Position numbers and translations under genes: made by a program | Part shown: positions 40,119 through 48,446 of the stretch, one piece after another | Numbering within the stretch: position 1 is the first letter of the stretch | How the letters are laid out: each line of letters opens with the position of its first letter | Assembly (NCBI GenBank): GCA_964631755.1 | Contig: CAZVYI010000004.1 | Location: forward strand, 1-48,446 | Source: an uncultured Sphingobacterium sp. | Lineage (GTDB): Bacteria; Bacteroidota; Bacteroidia; Chitinophagales; Chitinophagaceae | DNA length: 48,446 bases | Direction of reading: 5' to 3' | Notes under the pieces: model-generated | The model's database searches: none | Told to the model about the DNA's origin: nothing | The model's input: the letters and a program-made list of their open reading frames with translations, nothing else

Positions 40119-41573
40119 TTATTTTCTATTCAATACTGTAGCATAAGCCACTGCCTTTTTCAATGCCCCAAGCTTATTGTTAACTTCCTGTAATTCAAGC
40201 TCAGGAACACTTGAAGCAACTATACCAGCACCCGCCTGGTAAAACAATGTATTTCCTTTACTTAAAAAACTTCTGATCATAATCGCTTGATTGGAGTTCC
40301 CATCAAAACCAATATATCCAATTGCTCCGCCATAAAAGGATCTTGCGGTTTTTTCATATGTTTCAATCAGTTGCATGGCTTTGTACTTTGGAGCACCGCT
40401 TAATGTTCCAGCTGGAAATGTTTTCGCCATCAACAAAAAGGGATTGGCATTTTCTTCTACTTCGCCAGTAACTTCACTTACGAGGTGTATTACATGAGAA
40501 AAGTACTTTACTTTTCTATATTGAGTTACACCAACATTTTTACATACCCTACTCAAATCATTTCTAGCTAAATCAACAAGCATTACGTGTTCTGCATTTT
40601 CTTTTGGATCAAGCAATAACCGTTCGGCTTCGAGAGCATCTGTAACATCATCTCCTGTCCTTTTAAATGTACCTGCAATAGGATGTACAATAGCTTTCCC
40701 GTTGGAAACAATCAGCTGACTTTCTGGTGAGGAGCCCATTAATTTATATTCGCCATAATCAAAATAGAACAAATAAGGAGAAGGGTTAACCATTCTAAGT
40801 GCCCTGTAAACATTGAATTCATCCCCTTTGAATTTTTGCTCGAATCTCCTGCTCAATACAATTTGAAAAACATCTCCCCTAAAACAATGGGAAATCCCTT
40901 TTCCTACCATAGACAGGTATTCCTCATCAATTAAATTAGATTTTTCATCTCCATCCAATTCAAACGGAAACTGAGGTAAATCTCGACTATATATTAAATT
41001 TTCTACAATTTGCTTATTCCCTTCAATTCCATCAACATGATTTTCAATCAAGAACAACTCATCTCTAAAATGATCAATTGCAATTACATATTGATACAGA
41101 CGATACCTCATTAAAGGAATAGCCTGAGATGAGCTCTCGAAATAATTCTTTTTATCAGATACTTTACTATAGGGTTTTAGAGAAAAAGGAATTGTTTCAA
41201 AAAAAGGAATTGCATCATATGCAGTATAACCAAAAAGTCTTTGTGCAAACTTCATCTGCTGATCTGCTTCCTCAACTTCAAATGCCTGCATATATTCCCA
41301 TAGCAAAGTGGAGACTACATGTTCTGACAGAGATTCACGAACAGGCAATTTTCCTGGCAATTTATATTCAACATAATTTTGATCAAGAATTTCAACACCA
41401 CCGATTGCATTGATAGCAATAAATGAAAAGCTGTTTTCAGCCGTATGATGATCTGTACTTTCCAGCAAGATGGTATCCCGGAATTTATCTCTCAACCTCA
41501 AATAGATACCTACAGGGGTGTACAGATCTGAAGACATTTTCTTAACTGTTGTACTGAGTTTAATTTTCTCCAT
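40119..41573 (-). CDS. trpE: Anthranilate synthase component I
   Basis: LLES, GDVFQIVLS, NPSPY, SSPE, PIAGT, EHVMLVDLARND and FPAGTLSGAPK motifs. Start is ATG 41573 (MEKIKL); the ORF-track extension to 41672 runs through the attenuator. Confidence 0.95.
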   Translation of the reverse strand: MEKIKLSTTVKKMSSDLYTPVGIYLRLRDKFRDTILLESTDHHTAENSFSFIAINAIGGVEILDQNYVEYKLPGKLPVRESLSEHVVSTLLWEYMQAFEVEEADQQMKFAQRLFGYTAYDAIPFFETIPFSLKPYSKVSDKKNYFESSSQAIPLMRYRLYQYVIAIDHFRDELFLIENHVDGIEGNKQIVENLIYSRDLPQFPFELDGDEKSNLIDEEYLSMVGKGISHCFRGDVFQIVLSRRFEQKFKGDEFNVYRALRMVNPSPYLFYFDYGEYKLMGSSPESQLIVSNGKAIVHPIAGTFKRTGDDVTDALEAERLLLDPKENAEHVMLVDLARNDLSRVCKNVGVTQYRKVKYFSHVIHLVSEVTGEVEENANPFLLMAKTFPAGTLSGAPKYKAMQLIETYEKTARSFYGGAIGYIGFDGNSNQAIMIRSFLSKGNTLFYQAGAGIVASSVPELELQEVNNKLGALKKAVAYATVLNRK

Positions 41574-41588
41574 AATCACTATCAGTTT

Positions 41589-41618
41589 AAAAAAAAAGCC
41601 CCGAATATTCGGGGCTTT
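41589..41618 (-). terminator. Attenuator terminator upstream of trpE
   Basis: Perfect inverted repeat AAAGCCCCGAAT/ATTCGGGGCTTT (41595-41618) running into a U9 tract (A 41589-41597), 15 nt before the trpE ATG. Confidence 0.92.
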
Positions 41619-41644
41619 AACTATGCTGACAAACAACAAGGTAG

Positions 41645-41698
41645 CTACCCCAGCGAAGGGATAACATGCCAACCGTTATTTGTATAATTTCTGCTCAT
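41645..41698 (-). CDS. trpL: Leader peptide of the trp-his operon, MSRNYTNNGWHVIPSLG
   Basis: ATG 41698 to TAG 41645; Trp codon 41669-41671 and His codon 41666-41668. Overlaps mutually exclusive hairpins leading to the terminator. Confidence 0.8.
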   Translation of the reverse strand: MSRNYTNNGWHVIPSLG

Positions 41699-41703
41699 TT
41701 GAT

Positions 41704-41735
41704 CAAAATTCAAATATTCTTTCAACAATACCAAA
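41704..41735 (-). promoter_or_regulatory. Putative trp-his operon promoter
   Basis: TTTG (41732-41735)-N20-GAATTTTG (41704-41711), one mismatch to TAnnTTTG and 5 nt upstream of the leader ATG. Confidence 0.55.
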
Positions 41736-41748
41736 AATAATTTTAAGC

Positions 41749-42183
41749 CTATTTAAGATATCGCTTTATCTCGCGATCAGACTCTCTTTGCTTAATTGTT
41801 TCACGTTTATCATGCAATTTTTTACCCCTGCCCAGACCAATTTGAATTTTTGCATAACCACGTTCATTGAAATAGATTTTTAATGGAATAATTGTAAACC
41901 CTTTATCCTTTAACTTTTGTATAAGCCTGTTTAATTCCTTTTTTTTCAACAAAAGTTTTCTATCTCTTGTTGGCACATGATTGGCGTAGCTACCAAAAGA
42001 ATAATGTGAGATATGCAGTCCTTTGATGTATAGCTCACCATGATCCAATAAACAATAACTATCATTGAAGCTGGCACTTCCCGAGCGCAATGCTTTTACC
42101 TCTGTACCAGTCAAAACCATACCTGCATCGAACTTTTCTTCGATAAAATACTCGAACGTAGCAGATTTGTTTCTAATCTCCAT
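41749..42183 (-). CDS. smpB: SsrA-binding protein
   Basis: N..A.FEY, AGMVLTGTEVKALR, RDRKLLL.K.E and GKKLHDKRE motifs. Confidence 0.97.
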   Translation of the reverse strand: MEIRNKSATFEYFIEEKFDAGMVLTGTEVKALRSGSASFNDSYCLLDHGELYIKGLHISHYSFGSYANHVPTRDRKLLLKKKELNRLIQKLKDKGFTIIPLKIYFNERGYAKIQIGLGRGKKLHDKRETIKQRESDREIKRYLK

Positions 42184-42219
42184 GATACAAAAATGAGGAC
42201 AATTGAATTTGCCTGCAAA

Positions 42220-43137
42220 CTAACTTGCAAACAAGCTCAACAATACAGAAAGTCTTTCTTTGAGCATTTTCCTGTTTACAATCATGTCTAAAAACCCATG
42301 TTCCATTACGAATTCAGAAGTTTGAAATCCTTCCGGAAGGTCTTTTTTGATTGTTTCTTTAATTACACGTGGACCTGCAAAACCAATCATAGCCCCAGGC
42401 TCACCAATATTGATGTCACCTACCATAGCAAATGAAGCGGTAGTACCACCGTATGTAGGATCTGTACAAAGTGAAATATAAGGAATACCAGCAACAGACA
42501 ACTTGCCAATTTTACCTAGTGTTTTGGGCAATTGCATCAATGAAAATGCACTTTCCATCATTCTGGCACCACCACTTTTACTGATGATCATTAGTGGAAT
42601 CTTATGCTCTAGACAGTAGTCTGCTGATCTGGCAATTTTTTCTCCCATCACACTTCCTAAGGAACCACCAATAAAATTAAAGTCCATACACGAAACCAAT
42701 AAAGGTTGTCCCCCTACCATACCCACTGCCGATGAAATGGAGTCATTCAATCCGGTTTTAGCATATGCTTCATCCAGCCTTTTTTTGTATGGTTTCAGGT
42801 CGTTGAATCCCAGAAAGTCAATTGATTTAACTTCGGTAAACAACTCTGTATATTCATGTCCATCGAAAAGTATTTCAAAATACTCAGTACTCCCTATTCG
42901 ATGATGATGATCGCATTTTGGACAAACAGAAAGATTTTCTTTAAGCTCTACAGTTGTACAGGTATACTTACAAGAAGGGCACATGGTCCAAAGGCCATCT
43001 GGCACTTCTTTCTTTTCAGCTGTAGAGGTATTAATGCCCTTTTTTCTCCTTTTGAACCAACTATTTGAAGTAGACTCTTGCTCAGGAAAGGAGCCAGACA
43101 ACTGATTATTAAAATCTTCTTCTCGTTTTAAAGGCAT
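42220..43137 (-). CDS. accD: Acetyl-CoA carboxylase carboxyltransferase beta subunit
   Basis: CPSC...CPKC zinc finger; F.GGSLGSV.GE, SGGARMME, PTYGG..ASFA and GFAGPRV motifs. Confidence 0.96.
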   Translation of the reverse strand: MPLKREEDFNNQLSGSFPEQESTSNSWFKRRKKGINTSTAEKKEVPDGLWTMCPSCKYTCTTVELKENLSVCPKCDHHHRIGSTEYFEILFDGHEYTELFTEVKSIDFLGFNDLKPYKKRLDEAYAKTGLNDSISSAVGMVGGQPLLVSCMDFNFIGGSLGSVMGEKIARSADYCLEHKIPLMIISKSGGARMMESAFSLMQLPKTLGKIGKLSVAGIPYISLCTDPTYGGTTASFAMVGDINIGEPGAMIGFAGPRVIKETIKKDLPEGFQTSEFVMEHGFLDMIVNRKMLKERLSVLLSLFAS

Positions 43138-43221
43138 TTTGATGAATTAATGTTCAGATGCAAATATAACTCTTCTTAAATTATCATTTTTTTGCTACCA
43201 GAATTACCCGTCTCTCCTCAA

Positions 43222-45732
43222 TTAAAAAAGTTGTGCTTGTTTTTTATCCCCTTCTTGTTCCTGCCAGGCTATCTCAGTACTTTTTGTGTAATCTGTCAGC
43301 TTATTACCAATGGCCTTCCATCCCATAATCTCTACAAAATCAGCTACTTTTACCTTAGATGTTCTGCTCTGCGCACCTCTGCCTGATGTAATCACAGCTA
43401 TAGGCTTCTCATCAGTACTAACAGCCTCCAAATAATTCCCCTCACCCTCTTTGATAAAATTGAATTTAGTATTGAGGGTGGTAGTCTCAATTTTAAATCG
43501 TTTTACATTGAATTGCAGTTTTTCGTTATCCAAATAAATAGCTGTTACAATTCTTTTAGGATCGAATTTTTCAATTTTTATCAAAGATTCACTATCAAAC
43601 CGCTGTGTCAGTTCCGTCGTTGCAATTTGATAACTACCATCCTGATACACCACAAAAATCAAATCCTCAGGTTGAAAGCTCCCAAGATAAGTACCCTTTT
43701 CCTCTGTGTTTAACCTGCCAAAAACATCATCAAACCAAAGTGTTCTGCCACCTAAGGTCGACTTTCCTGCTTCTTTGAGTTTTATATTTTTTATGGGGTA
43801 CTTGGTAACCTGATTACCGATAGAGTTTCTGCCCTTAATGTCAAGCTCTGCAAAATCAAAATCAATCTGCTTAATTCGGGCACTACAATTTGGGCTCAAT
43901 ACAACAACAACTGACTCAGCTTCACCGTTGGCATTCGCAGTAAAGTAATTAACTTTTGACTTATCAGAACCTTTGGTTAAATCGTATTCCTTGTCACGTG
44001 TAATACCTGTAACGTTAAACCGCTTGGAATAAGAAACACCAGTTTCTCCATCGGTATATATCATGTTATAGGTAAGTCGCTCTTCAGATTTTTGGAAGAT
44101 GGCTGCATGAATAATGTCTTTACCAATATATACTTTATCATCAACCTTAACCACCTTCATGATTCCTCTTCTGGTAAATACAATAATATCATCCAGGTCA
44201 GAACATTCTGTAATAAATTCATCCTTCTTCAAACTGGTTCCAATAAATCCTTCAGAACGATTCATGTACAACCTGACATTAGCAATAGCTACTTGTCTGG
44301 CCTGAATTACATCGAAAGGCTTGATCTCGCTCTTCCTTTCTTTATCCTTTCCGTATTTCTCTTTTAATCCTTCGAAATAGGCAATAGCATAATCATTGAG
44401 ATTGGCCAAATTGTGATTGACCTGCTTCATTTCAGATTCAATGTTCTTGATCTGAATATTGAGTTCATCAATGTCAAGCTTGTAAATTCTTCGAACTGGC
44501 TTTTCTGTCAGTTTGATGATATCATCGCGTGTTATATCCCTTTTAAACAATTTTTTGAAAGGATCAAATCCCTTTTGTATGGCCACAAGGACCTTTTCCC
44601 AATCTTCATGTTTTTTCTCTAACTCTTTGTATATTTTTTCTTCAAAAAAGATTCTTTCCAAAGATGTAAAATGCCATTTTTCCTGCAACTCACTTAATCT
44701 TATTTCTAGCTCTTGTTTTAGCAAATCTTTTGTGTTATCAGTAGATAATTTTAAAAGATCAGAAACAGCAATAAACTGAGGTTTATGGTCAACAATTACA
44801 CATGCATTTGGCGCAATGCTCACTTCACAATCTGTAAATGCATATAAGGCATCAATGGTGAGGTCTGCAGAAATACCCGCTGCCAATTCAACCAGTATTT
44901 CTACATCTGCAGCAGTATTATCAGTCACTTTTTTAATCTTGATTTTACCCTGGTCGTTTGCCTTAACAATAGATTCCATTAATTGGGTAGTTGTTACACC
45001 GTATGGAACATCTTTAATAGAAATACATTTCTTATCAACTTCCTGTATATGGGCTCTGCACCTGATTCTTCCCCCTCTCTTTCCATCGTTATAATTTGAA
45101 ACATCTATCATTCCCCCTGTTTGAAAATCAGGGAATAATTCAAACTTTTTACCTTTTAAATATTTAATAGAAGCCTCAATCAGTTCAATAAAATTGTGTG
45201 GCAAAATTTTGGTCGACAAACCAACAGCGATGCCTTCCGCACCTTGAGCCAGCAACAATGGGAACTTAACCGGCAGATGAACAGGTTCTTTTTTTCTGCC
45301 GTCATAACTCAATTGCCACTGTGTTGTTTTTGCATTGAACGCGACTTCCAAACCAAACTTACTTAGTCTTGCTTCAATATACCTGGCAGCAGCAGCATCA
45401 TCACCAGTCCTGATATCACCCCAGTTACCCTGGGTATCAATCATGATATCTTTTTGTCCCAGGTTCACCATAGCATCTTGAATACTCGCATCACCATGTG
45501 GATGATACTGCATAGTTTGGCCGATGATATTAGCAGCCTTGTTCAAACGACCATCATCCATTTCTTTCATTGCATGCAAAATTCTCCTTTGCACTGGCTT
45601 TAAACCATCTGCTACATCCGGTACGGCTCTTTCAAGAATAACATATGATGCATAGTCGAGAAACCAGTTTTTATACTGTCCTGAAACGCCAGCATCACTT
45701 TCAGTTTCTACATTGAATTTTGATTTTGCCAT
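43222..45732 (-). CDS. parC: DNA topoisomerase IV subunit A
   Basis: ERAVPD..DGLKPVQRRIL, YHPHGD and catalytic AARYIE motifs; no GyrA-box seen; Bacteroidota ParC-type sequence. Confidence 0.88.
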   Translation of the reverse strand: MAKSKFNVETESDAGVSGQYKNWFLDYASYVILERAVPDVADGLKPVQRRILHAMKEMDDGRLNKAANIIGQTMQYHPHGDASIQDAMVNLGQKDIMIDTQGNWGDIRTGDDAAAARYIEARLSKFGLEVAFNAKTTQWQLSYDGRKKEPVHLPVKFPLLLAQGAEGIAVGLSTKILPHNFIELIEASIKYLKGKKFELFPDFQTGGMIDVSNYNDGKRGGRIRCRAHIQEVDKKCISIKDVPYGVTTTQLMESIVKANDQGKIKIKKVTDNTAADVEILVELAAGISADLTIDALYAFTDCEVSIAPNACVIVDHKPQFIAVSDLLKLSTDNTKDLLKQELEIRLSELQEKWHFTSLERIFFEEKIYKELEKKHEDWEKVLVAIQKGFDPFKKLFKRDITRDDIIKLTEKPVRRIYKLDIDELNIQIKNIESEMKQVNHNLANLNDYAIAYFEGLKEKYGKDKERKSEIKPFDVIQARQVAIANVRLYMNRSEGFIGTSLKKDEFITECSDLDDIIVFTRRGIMKVVKVDDKVYIGKDIIHAAIFQKSEERLTYNMIYTDGETGVSYSKRFNVTGITRDKEYDLTKGSDKSKVNYFTANANGEAESVVVVLSPNCSARIKQIDFDFAELDIKGRNSIGNQVTKYPIKNIKLKEAGKSTLGGRTLWFDDVFGRLNTEEKGTYLGSFQPEDLIFVVYQDGSYQIATTELTQRFDSESLIKIEKFDPKRIVTAIYLDNEKLQFNVKRFKIETTTLNTKFNFIKEGEGNYLEAVSTDEKPIAVITSGRGAQSRTSKVKVADFVEIMGWKAIGNKLTDYTKSTEIAWQEQEGDKKQAQLF

Positions 45733-45742
45733 TGTTCACTTT

Positions 45743-46567
45743 TTATGCTCCTGCTGCAGACGACTTTCTTTTAATTTCAAAATCTTTCATTCCTTTCAAT
45801 TCACCTTGAAACTCAAATTGCTCATTTTGTGCAATTAATTTCAATCGCCAGAAAACGAACCCATCGCCTGTAGTCTCTTTACTTTTTGTCAAGAATGCAT
45901 TGACAATTTTATTGGCTTTTTGAAAATCATTTGTGATGTATTTTGAAATCTCATTATCATAAAATACAACATCTTTTTGCACGATCTTTTTTCCTCCTTC
46001 AAGCAATCTTACTAACCTTTCATCTTGTGTGATTTTATTCCACTCATCACTATCCACTTCAAATTCACTAACCGTAACAGGTCTGGCAAGCTTCTTCGCC
46101 TTTAAAAATTCTTTGGGTTGAATCTGACTCAACCAATCGGGATAGAAAATATTCCCTTTCTCATTGATAAAAGGAAGGTTATTCAGGTATAATATATGAA
46201 CCCTGCCCTGATAATCCACCAGCTGACTAATCAGCCAATAATAACCACAAATATCGTGTTTATTTTGAGCAGCCCAGATCCACAAAACTTCATTTTCATC
46301 ATTGGCAAGTGCCTCCTTGATTTTTATTACAACAGCTGGGTCATTCACCTTGCCTTCATCTACTAAACTTTCATGGTCCCCACCTTGAAAAACCATCCTC
46401 CACCAGTCTTTTCTTTGCTCTTGACCTTCTGGCGTATAAATATTTGTTAATGGTCCCACAGCATAATCATCTCTAACCAATACTACTTCACCTGCCATGG
46501 ACTCGTCCATCTCAATGGCCTGTTTCAAAATCTCAACATCGGGTTCATTAAAAACTACATGTATCAT
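45743..46567 (-). CDS. DUF1835/DUF3658-like hypothetical protein
   Basis: IHVVF, DDYAVGPL, R..WW, WAAQN.HD and D.F..WRL pattern; acidic. Start at ATG 46567 or TTG 46576, the latter overlapping the parE stop. Confidence 0.72.
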   Translation of the reverse strand: MIHVVFNEPDVEILKQAIEMDESMAGEVVLVRDDYAVGPLTNIYTPEGQEQRKDWWRMVFQGGDHESLVDEGKVNDPAVVIKIKEALANDENEVLWIWAAQNKHDICGYYWLISQLVDYQGRVHILYLNNLPFINEKGNIFYPDWLSQIQPKEFLKAKKLARPVTVSEFEVDSDEWNKITQDERLVRLLEGGKKIVQKDVVFYDNEISKYITNDFQKANKIVNAFLTKSKETTGDGFVFWRLKLIAQNEQFEFQGELKGMKDFEIKRKSSAAGA

Positions 46568-46572
46568 ATCTA

Positions 46573-48446
46573 TCAAATTGAATCATCTACCGTGTCTAAT
46601 TCAACACGAAGATTTGAAACGATAAAATCTTGTCTCTCCTGGGTGTTCTTTCCCATATAATACTCCAGCAACTGCTGAATATGAATCTGACTCTCTAAAA
46701 TAACTGGAGTTTTTCTCATATCTGGACCAATAAACCTTTTAAACTCATCAGGTGAAATTTCACCTAAACCTTTAAAACGTGTTATCTCTGCTTTTGCCCC
46801 AATTTTCTTAATTGCCTCTGAACGCTCAATGTCTGAATAACAATATATGGTCTCTTGTTTATTTCTTACCCTGAACAAAGGAGTTTCAAGAATATAAACA
46901 TGCCCATCTCTAACCAGATCAGGAAAGAACTGCAAAAAGAAAGTCATCAATAACAATCGAATGTGCATACCATCCACATCGGCGTCTGTTGCAATAATGA
47001 TATTATTGTAACGCAAATCATCCATCCCCTCCTCAATATTTAATGCATGCTGAAGAAGATTGAATTCTTCGTTTTCATAAACCACTTTTTTTGTCAGTCC
47101 AAAACTGTTTAGCGGTTTACCACGCAAACTAAATACAGCCTGTGTTTCTACATCTCTTGATTTGGTTATAGAACCACTCGCAGAATCTCCCTCAGTAATA
47201 AAGATTGTACTTTGTAACTGTCTGGCGATAAACTCTTCTTTGCCTTTTGCCGGAGGTTCTGCATTCAGATGAATTCTGCAATCCCTCAATTTTCTATTGT
47301 GCAGATTGGCTTTCTTTGCACGCTCATTTGCCAGCTTTTTTATACCAGCAAGCTCTTTTCTTTCACGTTCACTTTGCTCAATCCTTTTCTTCATTGCTTC
47401 AGCTACTGCTGAATTCTTATGCAAAAAATTATCCAGCTCCTTCGAAAAGAAATCAATCATGAAATTCTTCATGGAAGGACCACCTTCATACAAATACTGT
47501 GAACCTAATTTAGTTTTGGTTTGCGACTCAAAAACAGGTTCTTGAACACGAACAGCTACAGCAGCAACAATACTTTGCCGGATATCAGAGGTATCATAAT
47601 CCTTTTTAAAGAAGTCGCGTATGGTTTTTACAAATGCCTCTCTGAATGCCACCACATGGGTTCCACCTTGTGTAGTATACTGACCATTTACAAAGCTGTA
47701 AATATCTTCCCCATATTCATTATTATGTGATATCGCTACCTCGATATCTTCACCTTTCAAATGAATTACAGGATACCTCAATTCATCCTCATTGGCATTT
47801 CTGTGCAACAGGTCTAACAAACCATTTTTACTAACAAACTTTCTCCCATTATAATTGATGACCAGCCCTGCATTGAGGTAACAATAATTCCAAAGCTGTT
47901 TGTCGATATAATCAGAAATAAAATGAAAGTTCCTGAATATTGAATCATCTGGAATGAAGACTACCTGCGTTCCATTTTGTTCGGTTGAATTCACCTCCTT
48001 GTGTTCCTTGATCAGCTCCCCTCTTTTGAATTCAGCAGTTTTTTCCTTTCCCTCACGAAAGGCCGTCACCTTAAAATACTCACTTAATGCATTTACAGCC
48101 TTTGTACCCACACCATTCAAACCCACACTCTTCTGAAAAACTTTACTGTCATATTTTGCACCAGTATTGATCTTACTCACTACATCCACCAGCTTTCCCA
48201 ATGGAATTCCACGCCCGTAATCCCTGATCATCACCTCTTTGTTGTTCAACACCAGATCAATCTGTTTACCATGACCCATCATGTGCTCATCAATACAGTT
48301 GTCCATCACTTCTTTTAACAGGACATAAATTCCATCATCCTGACTACTTCCATCTCCCAACTTACCAATATACATTCCCGGTCTTAACCGTATATGCTCT
48401 TTCCAATCCAAACTCTTTATCGAGTCCTCATTGTATTCAAAAACTT
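46573..48446 (-). CDS. parE: DNA topoisomerase IV subunit B (5' end outside the window)
   Basis: [49 protein letters not shown] and RFKGLGE motifs. The frame stays open to the window edge (..[14 protein letters not shown]). Confidence 0.9.
   Translation of the reverse strand, partial: VFEYNEDSIKSLDWKEHIRLRPGMYIGKLGDGSSQDDGIYVLLKEVMDNCIDEHMMGHGKQIDLVLNNKEVMIRDYGRGIPLGKLVDVVSKINTGAKYDSKVFQKSVGLNGVGTKAVNALSEYFKVTAFREGKEKTAEFKRGELIKEHKEVNSTEQNGTQVVFIPDDSIFRNFHFISDYIDKQLWNYCYLNAGLVINYNGRKFVSKNGLLDLLHRNANEDELRYPVIHLKGEDIEVAISHNNEYGEDIYSFVNGQYTTQGGTHVVAFREAFVKTIRDFFKKDYDTSDIRQSIVAAVAVRVQEPVFESQTKTKLGSQYLYEGGPSMKNFMIDFFSKELDNFLHKNSAVAEAMKKRIEQSERERKELAGIKKLANERAKKANLHNRKLRDCRIHLNAEPPAKGKEEFIARQLQSTIFITEGDSASGSITKSRDVETQAVFSLRGKPLNSFGLTKKVVYENEEFNLLQHALNIEEGMDDLRYNNIIIATDADVDGMHIRLLLMTFFLQFFPDLVRDGHVYILETPLFRVRNKQETIYCYSDIERSEAIKKIGAKAEITRFKGLGEISPDEFKRFIGPDMRKTPVILESQIHIQQLLEYYMGKNTQERQDFIVSNLRVELDTVDDSI

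Noticed and set aside
41574-41672. 33-aa N-terminal extension of TrpE in the ORF track
   Set aside because: It reads through the attenuator hairpins and U-tract; ATG 41573 is the plausible start.
1-48446. CRISPR arrays, IS elements, prophage, tRNA/rRNA, dif site, defence systems
   Set aside because: No spaced direct repeats, transposase or phage genes, cloverleafs or convincing dif match were seen by eye, and nearly all sequence is explained by housekeeping genes. A computational scan could still find weak signals.

Overview
AT-rich, densely packed housekeeping region of a Bacteroidota chromosome, probably Chitinophagaceae-like (inferred from TAnnTTTG -7 promoter elements, A-rich leaders without Shine-Dalgarno sites, T9SS-plug and TamL homologues, and a fungal-type IlvC). 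In order it holds: the 5' end of rpoC, with its own promoter and no upstream rpoB; a 519-aa helical-repeat protein divergent from a leuA-leuB-ilvD-ilvB-ilvN-ilvC operon; sucC; envelope genes; transaldolase; SRP RNA; xerD; dcd; a CrtA-like monooxygenase; pfkA-pyk-rnhA; manA; a fused trpEGDCFBA-hisHAF(IE)-tlpA operon; smpB; accD; and parE-DUF1835-parC. I see no mobile element, prophage, CRISPR array, tRNA or rRNA. The two strongest leads are both regulatory. (1) An unannotated attenuator heads the fused trp+his operon, and its 17-aa leader peptide has adjacent Trp-His codons, making it a candidate dual Trp/His sensor. (2) The 519-aa protein faces the branched-chain amino acid operon across phased GTAAAT(T/A)AC operator-like motifs, making it a candidate new regulator family. 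All family calls come from recognised motifs and recall; no database search was run.
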